Position numbers and translations under genes: made by a program. Below the pieces are notes generated by a model. The model was not told the origin of the DNA and did no database searches. It saw nothing but the letters and a program-made list of their open reading frames with translations. A stretch of 64,000 nt of DNA from Spirochaetia bacterium (GTDB taxonomy: Bacteria; Spirochaetota; Spirochaetia; UBA9216): NCBI GenBank assembly GCA_965140585.1, contig OZ223264.1:672001-736000 (forward strand), given 5' to 3'. The first letter of the stretch is position 1, and each line of letters opens with the position of its first letter. Positions 39,346 to 48,542 of this stretch are shown here, in pieces.

Positions 39346-39615
39346 TCAGTCTTCCATATCTTCCAGTTCTTTCTCTATGAGTCTTCTTTCAAGGCTGCTG
39401 TTTTTAAAGGCATATACCTGAAAGAAGTGGGAAACAACTCCTATTCCCCATCCCAGTGCTGCCCAAAGCCACCACTGGTAACCTCCCCATGTCATGTTGT
39501 TGACAACTGCCAGAAAGACCATCGTAACAATGTATGTTACAAGATGTCTCAAGAACCCCATTTTTTCCTGGGCACGTTTGCGTGCTCTTTCATATTTTTC
39601 TTCGTTTACATCCAT
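39346..39615 (-). CDS. 2TM domain protein
   Basis: YERARKR..GFLRHL..Y, WWLWAALGWGIG..SH, LERRLIEKE. Confidence 0.85.
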   Translation of the reverse strand: MDVNEEKYERARKRAQEKMGFLRHLVTYIVTMVFLAVVNNMTWGGYQWWLWAALGWGIGVVSHFFQVYAFKNSSLERRLIEKELEDMED

Positions 39616-39673
39616 AGATAAAATATAACACGGCTACCTTACAAAGGTGTTACTTTTGTTATAGAATTCCGTC

Positions 39674-40300
39674 ATGAAGGATATTGATGATAAACTTGAA
39701 TACCTTAGAGGCTTTATAAAGCCCGGAAACGGCGTTATCAGCGTGATTGCCGAGGCTAACAGCAGGCGAAATGATGTACAGCCGGAAGTCGAACCCGAGG
39801 TCGGCAGTTTTCTTTCCCTGCTTGTAAGACTGATGAATGCAAAAGCAGTACTCGAACTGGGAAGCAGCAACGGGAGCTCGGGGCTCTGGTTTCTTGAAGC
39901 GCTCAGGATTACGGGCGGGCATCTTACTACCATTGATTCAAAACACCGTCTGCATCTTGAAGCCTTAGAGAATTACCGGACTGCAGAATATGATGATATT
40001 GTAACTGCGATTTCAGGTGACGCGAAAGAGATCATTCAGCAGCTTGACGGCCCCTTTGATATTGTATTTCAGGACTGCGGCAAGTATCTGTACCCTCAGC
40101 TTCTTGAGAGGACTGTTGAACTGCTTAAACCGGGCGGACTGATTATTGCCGAAGATACCCTGTTTGCAGTTGAAGATTCAATCAGACCGAATCTGGGGCG
40201 GCACACAGACTTGTACAACCGTATGGTCTTTGCCCGTAAGGATTTATACAGCAGTATACTTCCGGTAGGTCATGGATTAACATTGAGTTATAAAATATAA
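39674..40300 (+). CDS. O-methyltransferase (Methyltransf_3, YrrM/TrmR-like)
   Basis: VLELGSSNGSS, FDIVFQDC.K, LKPGGLII.ED, PVGHGL. Confidence 0.85.
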   Translation: MKDIDDKLEYLRGFIKPGNGVISVIAEANSRRNDVQPEVEPEVGSFLSLLVRLMNAKAVLELGSSNGSSGLWFLEALRITGGHLTTIDSKHRLHLEALENYRTAEYDDIVTAISGDAKEIIQQLDGPFDIVFQDCGKYLYPQLLERTVELLKPGGLIIAEDTLFAVEDSIRPNLGRHTDLYNRMVFARKDLYSSILPVGHGLTLSYKI

Positions 40301-40318
40301 TGAAGCAGAGGTGAAATT

Positions 40319-41122
40319 ATGGATGATTTAAGGGATAAAAAGGCGTTCATATGCGATATGGACGGAGTTATATATCATGGAAACCGTTTGCTTCCCGGAG
40401 TGAAGGAATTTGTCAACTGGCTTAAGGATGAGGATAAAAAGTTTCTGTTTCTTACAAACAGCAGTCAGCGCTCACCCCTTGAGCTTCAGCAGAAACTGGC
40501 CAGACTTGGTGTTGAGGTTGAAAAAGAACATTTTTATACCAGCGCTCTGGCAACTGCCGGCTTTCTGGAACAGCAGCAGCCGGGCGGTTCAGTTTTTGTT
40601 ATCGGCGAAGCAGGGCTTATAAATGCCCTCTACAATGCCGGTTTTACCATGAATGATGTAAACCCCGACTACGTAGTTGTAGGTGAATCAAAGACCTACA
40701 ACATGGATATGCTGGAACATGCGGTTAATCTTATAATGCGCGGAGCCAAGCTCATAGGAACCAATCCTGATCTGACAGGTCCTATTGAAGGCGGAATTTC
40801 TCCGGCTACAGGAGCCCTGATGGCTCCGATAGAACTTGCCACCGGCAATAAAGCCTACTTTGTAGGGAAGCCGAATCCGCTTATGATGAGGCATGCTCTT
40901 AAAAGGCTTGAATCAAAGCGTGAAGATACGGTGATTGTCGGTGACCGCATGGATACCGATGTTATCTCCGGAATAGAAGCCGAGATTGAAACAGTGCTGG
41001 TCTTAAGCGGGGTAACAAGCAGGGACGATATAAACCGCTTTGCATACAGGCCGGATTATATTCTGGACGGGGTTGTGGATATTCCGCCTAAATCTGGAAA
41101 AAAGACAGAGGAAGAAAGCTGA
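40319..41122 (+). CDS. HAD subfamily IIA hydrolase (NagD-like)
   Basis: CDMDGV, FLTNSS, GTNPD, GKPNP, VGDRMDTD, LSGVT. Confidence 0.92.
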   Translation: MDDLRDKKAFICDMDGVIYHGNRLLPGVKEFVNWLKDEDKKFLFLTNSSQRSPLELQQKLARLGVEVEKEHFYTSALATAGFLEQQQPGGSVFVIGEAGLINALYNAGFTMNDVNPDYVVVGESKTYNMDMLEHAVNLIMRGAKLIGTNPDLTGPIEGGISPATGALMAPIELATGNKAYFVGKPNPLMMRHALKRLESKREDTVIVGDRMDTDVISGIEAEIETVLVLSGVTSRDDINRFAYRPDYILDGVVDIPPKSGKKTEEES

Positions 41123-41123
41123 A

Positions 41124-41903
41124 GTGCTGCTTAATTATAAAATAACCAATCCGGAAGCCCCTGTTCCGGTTTTTTTTCTTCACGGCCTGCTGGGAAATGC
41201 CGAGAACTGGGGAACCATTGTAAAAAAGCTTGATAGATCTGCGCCGGGGAAGTTCCGAATTATTACTGTTGATTTGCGGAACCATGGAGAATCTTTTCAT
41301 TCGGATGAGATGAGTTATCCGCTTATGGCGGCAGATTTGATTGAACTTGCAGATCATCTCGGCCTTCAGGAATTTCATATCGTTGGACATTCAATGGGCG
41401 GGAAGATGGCGATGGAAACTGCTCTGGCAAACCCTGCCCGTGTTAAATCTGTTATTGTGGTTGACATTGCCCCTGTTCAGTATAAGTCTGAATATTCCAT
41501 CTATATCAACGCTCTGCGTGATCTTGATCTGTCCGGAGTTAAAAAGCGCTCTGATGCAGGAAAGCTGATTGAAGAAATTGTTCCCGACAGGGCCTTAAGG
41601 ATGTTTTTTCTAACCAACCTTAAAAAAGACGGTGAAGGCTACAAATGGCGGATCAATCTGAAAGGAATAACATCGCATTACAGCAATATCTGGGAACCGG
41701 TTAAAGGCGGACGTGTTTACAGCGGACCTGCACTTTTTATACGAGGCGGTGCATCCGACTACGTTAAGGATGAATATATTCCGCTAATAATGCAGCTGTT
41801 TCCTGCTGCTGAACTTAAGACTCTTGAAGGCGCAGGTCACTGGGTACATTCGGAAAAGCCCGATGAATTTACAGAGCTGGTAAGCAGTTTTTTAACTTCA
41901 TAG
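41124..41903 (+). CDS. Alpha/beta hydrolase (YbfF-like esterase)
   Basis: LHGLLG, DLRNHG, GHSMGGK, DIAP, AGHWVH; start placed at GTG 41124. Confidence 0.88.
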   Translation: MLLNYKITNPEAPVPVFFLHGLLGNAENWGTIVKKLDRSAPGKFRIITVDLRNHGESFHSDEMSYPLMAADLIELADHLGLQEFHIVGHSMGGKMAMETALANPARVKSVIVVDIAPVQYKSEYSIYINALRDLDLSGVKKRSDAGKLIEEIVPDRALRMFFLTNLKKDGEGYKWRINLKGITSHYSNIWEPVKGGRVYSGPALFIRGGASDYVKDEYIPLIMQLFPAAELKTLEGAGHWVHSEKPDEFTELVSSFLTS

Positions 41904-41951
41904 CCCTGAGTCTGTCAGGATAACAGGTTGTATATAAGAGGAGAAATAAAA

Positions 41952-42170
41952 ATGACTAAGTGTGAAAATAAGGAAAGGAATCTGGAATTCTGCAACTGTA
42001 CTTTCAGCTGCGGGCGAAAGGGAATCTGCTGTGAATGTGTTGCTAACCACAGGGCTAAGGGCGCACTGCCTGCCTGCTACTTTCCAGCTGATATAGAGTC
42101 TGCAGGTGACAGATCCATTGAAAACTTCATAAGCATCGTCAAAGAACGGGGAACTTCATATTTGAAGTAA
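41952..42170 (+). CDS. Small Cys-rich protein (DUF6485-like)
   Basis: AGGAG SD; C..CNCTFSCGRKGICCECVANH..LPACYF..DRS. Confidence 0.7.
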   Translation: MTKCENKERNLEFCNCTFSCGRKGICCECVANHRAKGALPACYFPADIESAGDRSIENFISIVKERGTSYLK

Positions 42171-42230
42171 ACGGTCAAAAACGGTCATGTTAAGACCGAA
42201 AACGTTCATATAATATTTACAAACGTTCAT
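42169..42230 (+). promoter_or_regulatory. Helically phased direct repeats, probable DeoR-family operator
   Basis: AAACGGTCA at 42169 and 42179, AAACGTTCA at 42200 and 42221; the last overlaps the -35 (TTTACA-16-TATACT). Confidence 0.65.
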
Positions 42231-42250
42231 TCTCCAGCTATACTTAAAGT

Positions 42251-43039
42251 ATGTCAAATGGACTTATCCCCGCGGGCAGAAGAACCGAAATACTATCGCT
42301 GATACAGGAACGCCGTTTTATAAGCGTTGATGAGCTGTCAAAGCATTTCAATGTATCAGTTATTACCATCCGCAGAGATCTTGCCGAGCTTGAGTCGGAA
42401 GGGCTTCTTGAACGCACTCACGGCGGTGCCATACTGACCAGACATATCAAAAACGAGAGCAGTTTCAGCGAAAAAGATTCAGAGAGGCTTGATGCCAAGG
42501 AGGCAATTGCCGCACTGGCCGCTGATTTTATAGAACCCGGAGATACTGTCTTTGTAAACAGCGGTTCAACAACCAGTCATCTTATCCGCGTAATTGCGGC
42601 ACTTCCTTCCATAAGAATCGTAACAAATAATGTAATTGCGGCGGCCTCGGCAAATCCTGCCGAGGACACCGAAATAATTGTAATTGGCGGAGTGCTTCGT
42701 ACCAATTCCGGATGTACTGTCGGAGATTTTGCTTCCCAGCTGATAAGACAGATAAGCGGTACAAAGCTGTTTATCGGCGCAGACGGTATCAGTCTTAAAA
42801 GCGGCATTACATCACCGGTTTCTCAGGAGGCTGCTGTAACCAAGATGATGATCGAGCAGACCGCCGGACCGGTAATTGTTGCCGCCGACAGCAGCAAGGT
42901 CGGAAGAGTTACCACCTTTTTTACTACGGCATTGAGTAATGCCGATGTTCTGCTAACAGACAGGGATTTTGATGAGTCATTCAGGCCCGACTTTGAAGAG
43001 GCGGGTATCAGAATAATTAAGGAAGTCCGTAAGGGCTGA
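42251..43039 (+). CDS. DeoR/GlpR family transcriptional regulator
   Basis: RRTEIL, VSVITIRRDL..LE, RTHGGA, NSGSTT, VTNN, ADSSK. Confidence 0.93.
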   Translation: MSNGLIPAGRRTEILSLIQERRFISVDELSKHFNVSVITIRRDLAELESEGLLERTHGGAILTRHIKNESSFSEKDSERLDAKEAIAALAADFIEPGDTVFVNSGSTTSHLIRVIAALPSIRIVTNNVIAAASANPAEDTEIIVIGGVLRTNSGCTVGDFASQLIRQISGTKLFIGADGISLKSGITSPVSQEAAVTKMMIEQTAGPVIVAADSSKVGRVTTFFTTALSNADVLLTDRDFDESFRPDFEEAGIRIIKEVRKG

Positions 43040-43054
43040 TTATGGAGGTATAAA

Positions 43055-44179
43055 ATGGCATATCAGGATGCGTATACGGATTGTGTATGGATTGATTTTG
43101 AGGTTCTTGAAAGTTTTATGAAGGACTGTCTGGTCAAGAGCGGGGTTCCCGAGGCTGATGCTTCGATCGTCTCGGATATCCTTATTGAGTCGGACAAACG
43201 CGGAATAGATTCTCACGGAATCGGAAGGCTTAAGCCTATTTATATAGATAGAATTGACTGGGGAATTCTTAATCCCGTTACAAAGATAGATGTAATCAAG
43301 GAAACCCCTACTACTGCAGTTCTTGACGGTAATAACGGTATGGGCCATGTTGTCGGAAAAAAAGCCATGCAGATGGCTATCGACAAGGCTAAAGAAAACG
43401 GTCTGGGAATGGTTACAGTCAGGAATTCCACCCATTACGGAATTGCAGGCTACTACGTAACCATGGCAAGTGAAGCCGGCATGATAGGCATCACCGGTAC
43501 AAATGCCAGACCCTCTATTGCTCCGACCTTCGGTGTTGAAAACATGCTTGGGACCAACCCCATTACATTCGGATTTCCCACAGATGAAGAGTTTCCCTTT
43601 GTTCTGGACTGTGCAACTTCGGTTACCCAGCGCGGAAAGATTGAGATGTACTCCAGGGCCGGTAAGGAACTGCCTCCGGGCTGGGTTATAGGCAAGGACG
43701 GAAAGACCCGGACCGATACCGACCAGATTCTGGTGGACCTTACAAAGGGCAAGGCTGCTCTGGCTCCTGTCGGAGGACTGGGTGAGATTACCGGCGGATA
43801 TAAAGGCTTCGGTTATGCAACGGTTGTTGAGGTCCTTTCAGCGGCGCTTCAGGGCGGCTCATATCTAAAAGCACTTAACGGTTTTGATGAAGAGGGCAAC
43901 CGGATTCCTTATCCGCTTGGACACTTTTTTATGGCAATTAATATTGATTTCTTTCTCGGTATTGATATTTTTACAAAAATCGCAGGTTCGATAATGCGGG
44001 ACCTGCGCAATTCTCAGAAGGCCGAGGGAGAAGAACGTATTTATACAGCGGGCGAGAAGGAATGGCTTGCCTGGAATTATAGAAAAGAGAACGGCTGTCC
44101 TGTTCCGGAAGTTCTCCGGAATCAGATGTCGGCTCTTAGAGACAGATGGGAGATGGATTATAAATTTCCATGGGATTGA
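43055..44179 (+). CDS. Ldh_2 (type 2 malate/L-lactate dehydrogenase, ComC/AllD-like) family oxidoreductase
   Basis: GIDSHG, DGNNGMG, RNSTHYG, LGTNP, LDCATS, YKGFG, GEKE. Confidence 0.9.
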   Translation: MAYQDAYTDCVWIDFEVLESFMKDCLVKSGVPEADASIVSDILIESDKRGIDSHGIGRLKPIYIDRIDWGILNPVTKIDVIKETPTTAVLDGNNGMGHVVGKKAMQMAIDKAKENGLGMVTVRNSTHYGIAGYYVTMASEAGMIGITGTNARPSIAPTFGVENMLGTNPITFGFPTDEEFPFVLDCATSVTQRGKIEMYSRAGKELPPGWVIGKDGKTRTDTDQILVDLTKGKAALAPVGGLGEITGGYKGFGYATVVEVLSAALQGGSYLKALNGFDEEGNRIPYPLGHFFMAINIDFFLGIDIFTKIAGSIMRDLRNSQKAEGEERIYTAGEKEWLAWNYRKENGCPVPEVLRNQMSALRDRWEMDYKFPWD

Positions 44180-44186
44180 TTTAGTT

Positions 44187-45470
44187 ATGGATGAATTGAC
44201 AAAGAAAGCACTTGAATATCACAGTATGAACGGCAAACCCGGCAAGATCGAGGTTTGCGCCACCAAGCCCTGTATGACGGCTGACGACTTATCACTCGCT
44301 TATACACCGGGTGTCGCCAAGCCTGTACTTGAGATTGCCGATGATCCGGCTAATGCATATAAGTACACTGCAAAAGGCAACCTGGTCGGGGTTATTTCCA
44401 ACGGTACGGCAATTCTGGGCCTTGGAAACAGGGGCGGCCTTGCTTCAAAACCGGTAATGGAAGGTAAGGGTGTTCTTTTTAAGAGATTTGCTGATATCGA
44501 TGTCTTTGATATCGAACTCGATACTCAGGATCCTGATGAACTGATAAGAATTGTAAAGGCGATGTCGCCTACATTCGGCGGAATTAACCTTGAAGATATA
44601 AAAGCTCCTGAATGCTTTAAAATTGAAAAAGCGCTCAAAGAGATCTGCGACATTCCGGTTTTTCATGATGACCAGCACGGTACTGCGATAATCTGTACTG
44701 CCGGAATGATCAACGCAGCGGAAGTTGCGGGCAAGCGGATTTCTGAAATGAAAGTTGTTTTTAACGGAGCGGGAGCTGCAGGAATAAGCTGTGCAAGAAT
44801 GTTTATAGCCGCCGGGGTTTCGAAAGATAATCTTCTGATGTGCGACAGCCGCGGCGTCATTTATAAAGACCGAGATGAGAAGATGACTGAACAGAAGGCT
44901 GAGTTTGCTGCTGATACAGATGCAAGAAGTCTTGCTGACGCGATGAACGGAGCCGATGTTTTGGTCGGTCTTTCAACTGAGGGCTGCGTGAGTCCTGAGA
45001 TGCTTCTTTCAATGGCAAAGGATCCGATAGTTTTCGCTATGGCAAATCCGAACCCTGAAATAACATATGAGCTTGCAACCGAAACACGATCCGATGTCAT
45101 TATGGCGACAGGCCGGAGCGACTTTCCCAACCAGGTGAACAATGTCCTCGGCTTTCCCTTTATTTTCAGGGGCGCGCTTGATGTTAAATCAATCGCTATC
45201 TCTGAAGGCATGAAGATGGCAGCGGCAAAGGCTCTTGCACTTCTTGCACGGGAGCCTGTAACTGATGAGGTTCGTAAAGCCTACGGACGGGATTTTACCT
45301 TCGGCAGGGAGTACATAGTTCCTAAACCCTTCGACCCAAGAGTTATTGAGTGGGAAGCAATCGCTGTCGCGCGTGCAGCTTGTGAAGAAGGACATGCGCG
45401 TGAACCAATTTCTGACTGGGATGCCTACCGGGAAGAGCTGCGGTCAAGAATGAAAAAATACTGGGATTAG
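44187..45470 (+). CDS. NAD(P)-dependent malic enzyme (no PTA domain)
   Basis: [53 protein letters not shown]. Start placed at ATG 44187. Confidence 0.93.
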   Translation: MDELTKKALEYHSMNGKPGKIEVCATKPCMTADDLSLAYTPGVAKPVLEIADDPANAYKYTAKGNLVGVISNGTAILGLGNRGGLASKPVMEGKGVLFKRFADIDVFDIELDTQDPDELIRIVKAMSPTFGGINLEDIKAPECFKIEKALKEICDIPVFHDDQHGTAIICTAGMINAAEVAGKRISEMKVVFNGAGAAGISCARMFIAAGVSKDNLLMCDSRGVIYKDRDEKMTEQKAEFAADTDARSLADAMNGADVLVGLSTEGCVSPEMLLSMAKDPIVFAMANPNPEITYELATETRSDVIMATGRSDFPNQVNNVLGFPFIFRGALDVKSIAISEGMKMAAAKALALLAREPVTDEVRKAYGRDFTFGREYIVPKPFDPRVIEWEAIAVARAACEEGHAREPISDWDAYREELRSRMKKYWD

Positions 45471-45511
45471 CAACGCCTCAAATTAATACTATTTCGAAAA
45501 AAAATTATCAG

Positions 45512-45548
45512 GAGCCGGTCGGGAATTAATTCCAGCCGGCTCTTTTTT
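45512..45548 (+). terminator. Rho-independent terminator after the malic enzyme gene
   Basis: GAGCCGGTCGGGAAT...ATTCCAGCCGGCTC followed by T6. Confidence 0.75.
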
Positions 45549-45585
45549 GTTTGACAAAACGAAATAATAGATAATTAAATAAATT

Positions 45586-46092
45586 ATGGAAAATGTGTTT
45601 TTAAATGAATACCTGTCATCCTTTGGAAGTGATATCCGCAGAATCCGCCGGTATCAGGGTATTTCTCTTGAGGGACTTGCTGAGAGGGCGGGAGTTCATC
45701 CGAACACTATTGCTGTAGCGGAAAGGGCTGAGCGGGATTTGAATATTATCTCCCAGACTAGAATATTTGCAGCCCTGGGATGCAAGGAAGTTCGTATTTG
45801 TGAAGGATATCTGGATTTATCATTTTCTGAAGAGTGCAGCACAAGAGGTGATCTGCTTGGTCTTGATGTTTCCTTCATTATCCGGTGTATCGGTGAAAAT
45901 GTAAGAATGAAGCGGATTGAATTGGGACTGACTCTTGAGGAGCTTTCTTCAATCACCGGGATTCATCTTAACAGCCTGTGGAACTGTGAAAATGGTCTGG
46001 TTGTTCCCAAGGGCCACACTCTGGTAAGGCTTTACCAGGCTCTTGGAATCAACTGTGTAAAAGCTGAGAGCCGCGGACTGAATTTAAAATGA
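45586..46092 (+). CDS. XRE-family regulator with two tandem Cro/C1 HTH domains
   Basis: IRRIR..QGISLEGLAERAGVHPNTIAVAE and VRMKRIELGLTLEELSSITGIHLNSLWNCENG. Confidence 0.85.
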   Translation: MENVFLNEYLSSFGSDIRRIRRYQGISLEGLAERAGVHPNTIAVAERAERDLNIISQTRIFAALGCKEVRICEGYLDLSFSEECSTRGDLLGLDVSFIIRCIGENVRMKRIELGLTLEELSSITGIHLNSLWNCENGLVVPKGHTLVRLYQALGINCVKAESRGLNLK

Positions 46093-46170
46093 TTTTCACA
46101 ATTCCCTGTGTGGAAACTGTTTTATGCTGAAGGTACTCTTAAGAGATTTTATTCTTTTAAGGAGTTCCTT

Positions 46171-47277
46171 ATGAAATCAGTTTTGGCTTTTTTAATTATT
46201 CTTCTTTCAATCTTTTTTGTGTCCTGTGATCCTGAATCACCCCTTGATGAGGTTCAGTATGCCGATAATGTGGTGATTGTGAGTGGGGATATTTCTTCTG
46301 ATACTACCTGGTATGAAGGTAAAGTTTACTTTATAGACGGTTTAACCCGGCTTAATCCAGGCAATACTCTCACTATTCAGCCGGGAGCTGTTGTTAAGTT
46401 CTCCGGTCTCGGTTCTCTCTGCATTGAGAACGGGGCTAAGGTTTCTGCTGAAGGTACAGCTTTGAAGCCTCTTATCTTCACTTCAGTAAATGATCTCTCT
46501 GCCGGAGGAGATACTGTACTTAATGATGTAAATCAGCAGCCTCTTGCAGGAGCCTGGTATGGGGTGGATATTGAAGCCGGTTCATCCGGCAGCAGATTTG
46601 TTAACTGCCACTTTCTCTATGGCGGATTATCAGGATATGCTGTGTTGCGTATAAATGGAGAAGCAAGAGTTGAGAATTGTACCTTTCGGGATAATCTTGG
46701 CGGACATCCCTATGACGGATCTGCTATAGATACTGCCGCACTTGATGCTTCGCTGGCTCTGGAGAGCACGGTTGTTACTGGTAATATTTTTTATCGCAAT
46801 ACCTGGCCTCTGGCCATCAGCTGCAGCATGAATCTTGATGACACCAATAGATTTGAATTTGATGAGGATGGAGATTCATCCACAGCGGATGAGGTTAATA
46901 AATATCAGGCAATATATATCAATTACGGCGATATCTCCGGATTTGTCTCCTGGGAAGAAACAGAAGTGCCGCTCTGCTTTTTCGATCTGCTCTTACGCGT
47001 AACTTCTACAGGGACTCTTGATTTAGCATCAGGCGTTGTGATCAAATCCAGTAGTGCCGAGTTTCAGTATGAATATGGAGCTACAGTTAATTCGACAGGA
47101 GTGATTTTTACATCGTTCAGGGATGATGCACTTCTTGGTGACACAAACTGTGACGGAACAGTTTCTATACCTGCTGATGGAGACTGGAAGGGTGTATGTG
47201 AACTGGATGACGAAGGTAATGTGTACTGGATGACAAGAAATAATGGTGGTTCTGTCCGGTATTCACTGGAAGGGTAG
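46171..47277 (+). CDS. Lipoprotein with parallel beta-helix-like repeats
   Basis: AAGGAG SD plus ATG 46171; lipobox FVSC; LTIQPGAVVKF; duplicated IFTS.ND..GD...W.G motif. Confidence 0.72.
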   Translation: MKSVLAFLIILLSIFFVSCDPESPLDEVQYADNVVIVSGDISSDTTWYEGKVYFIDGLTRLNPGNTLTIQPGAVVKFSGLGSLCIENGAKVSAEGTALKPLIFTSVNDLSAGGDTVLNDVNQQPLAGAWYGVDIEAGSSGSRFVNCHFLYGGLSGYAVLRINGEARVENCTFRDNLGGHPYDGSAIDTAALDASLALESTVVTGNIFYRNTWPLAISCSMNLDDTNRFEFDEDGDSSTADEVNKYQAIYINYGDISGFVSWEETEVPLCFFDLLLRVTSTGTLDLASGVVIKSSSAEFQYEYGATVNSTGVIFTSFRDDALLGDTNCDGTVSIPADGDWKGVCELDDEGNVYWMTRNNGGSVRYSLEG

Positions 47278-47289
47278 TAAAAAGCTAAT

Positions 47290-47331
47290 CAATCTGTCCC
47301 GTTTGTTTCATGAAAGATTCGGGACAGATTG
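47290..47331. terminator. 12-bp perfect inverted repeat between convergent genes, possible bidirectional terminator
   Basis: CAATCTGTCCCG-N18-CGGGACAGATTG; no clear U tract. Confidence 0.45.
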
Positions 47332-47369
47332 TTGAGATCAGGAACAAATATGTTGGCGGCTATTAGTCA

Positions 47370-48509
47370 CTACATAATAAAACTTTCAAGCGATTCAAGT
47401 ATGGATTGCTCGGAAGGCGGGCAGCCTTTTATTTCAAATCCGCCCTTTACACATTTACCTACGCCAATCAGGCTGCCGGTAATTTCATTTCCCCTGAAAT
47501 CCTGTCCTATGCAGATGGATTTTTCAGCGATTGCCTCCGCTGCTTTTCTGTCGGAATAATGAAATGAACGAAGGGCTGAGGCAAGATTGCCGAAGCAGGC
47601 GGAACATGCCGAGCGTTGATCAGTTATCTGCTCAATCCAACTTATTATCTTTTCCGCCTCGGCTGACCCGGCAGGTTTCATCTTCTGTGCAGGACTGTTT
47701 CCGTCAAGATCAATTACGTCGGTCTCCGGACGTATATTATTTCCTATCCCAAGCTCCCCGGCGATTCGGATGTATTTTATATCTGAAGGTTCTACGCCCA
47801 GCAGCATGCATGCATAACTGTCAACCGAAACAGGATCCCGTCCAAGCAGAAGCAGATCCCTCTTTTCAGGAGAGCCACCCTCTTCCCAGTAAGGATCGCC
47901 GTTAAGACCGTCTACCAGAGCGAAGGCCGGTTTTATGACAGTATTCAGCAGGGCCACAGGATTGTGGACGCCTAGTGTATGGTATCTGCGTTTTTCAGAG
48001 TCGGGAATGCAGCCTTTCAGGTTCTTTAGCGCGCATGTCACCCTTGTCTGGCCGTGACCTTTTAATACCGGAAGGTTTATAAGACTGCCGCCGTTATTCT
48101 CTAGATCGGCTATGCTGCGGCAAATCTTATACTGCTCTCCCATAATTTCAACAGGCGCCGCGCCGTCCTTCTGAAGATCTATCAGTTCTATTCCGTACCT
48201 TTTCTGAAGATCGGTGTATCCGCAGGTCTTATAAGCCTTCTGTGTGGAATCTCCTACCCATGAACCTTCAGCAATCCTGATGTCTGTATATCCCTTGTCG
48301 CTAAGATATTCTATAAGGGCCGCGGCTATTTCGGGGTGGGTTGTTGCTCCTCCGGTCGCCGGTTTGCTTACAACAAGATTAGGTTTCAGCAGTATCGGTG
48401 CTGATTTTTCTCCCAGCCATCCGCAGGCTTTGGATGCTTCAAGCATTGCTGCAATGTCGTTCTTTAGCTCTGCCCGATGTAAATTCTTTTTCTGCCATAT
48501 TGTACTCAT
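47370..48509 (-). CDS. DUF362 domain protein with C-terminal Fe-S-like Cys motifs
   Basis: LLKPNLV, GATTHP, IAEGS, INLPVLKGH, TCALKNLKGC, DPVSVD, ACSAC, GKC, GCPP. Confidence 0.88.
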   Translation of the reverse strand: MSTIWQKKNLHRAELKNDIAAMLEASKACGWLGEKSAPILLKPNLVVSKPATGGATTHPEIAAALIEYLSDKGYTDIRIAEGSWVGDSTQKAYKTCGYTDLQKRYGIELIDLQKDGAAPVEIMGEQYKICRSIADLENNGGSLINLPVLKGHGQTRVTCALKNLKGCIPDSEKRRYHTLGVHNPVALLNTVIKPAFALVDGLNGDPYWEEGGSPEKRDLLLLGRDPVSVDSYACMLLGVEPSDIKYIRIAGELGIGNNIRPETDVIDLDGNSPAQKMKPAGSAEAEKIISWIEQITDQRSACSACFGNLASALRSFHYSDRKAAEAIAEKSICIGQDFRGNEITGSLIGVGKCVKGGFEIKGCPPSEQSILESLESFIM

Positions 48510-48542
48510 ATCAGCTTAGATATTAATATATATACGGATAAA

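Noticed and set aside
42169-42230. Short direct repeats as a mini-CRISPR or iteron array
   Set aside because: The units are 9 bp with 1-12 bp gaps, there are no cas or rep genes, and they overlap a promoter. An operator fits better.
44067-44186. Extended N-termini in the ORF track (malic enzyme here; also clpP 15613, nqrB 29104, DRTGG 29102, esterase 41040, 46108, 52135, argF 62497)
   Set aside because: The extensions overlap upstream genes or promoters, lack homology-like content, and better-supported starts lie downstream.
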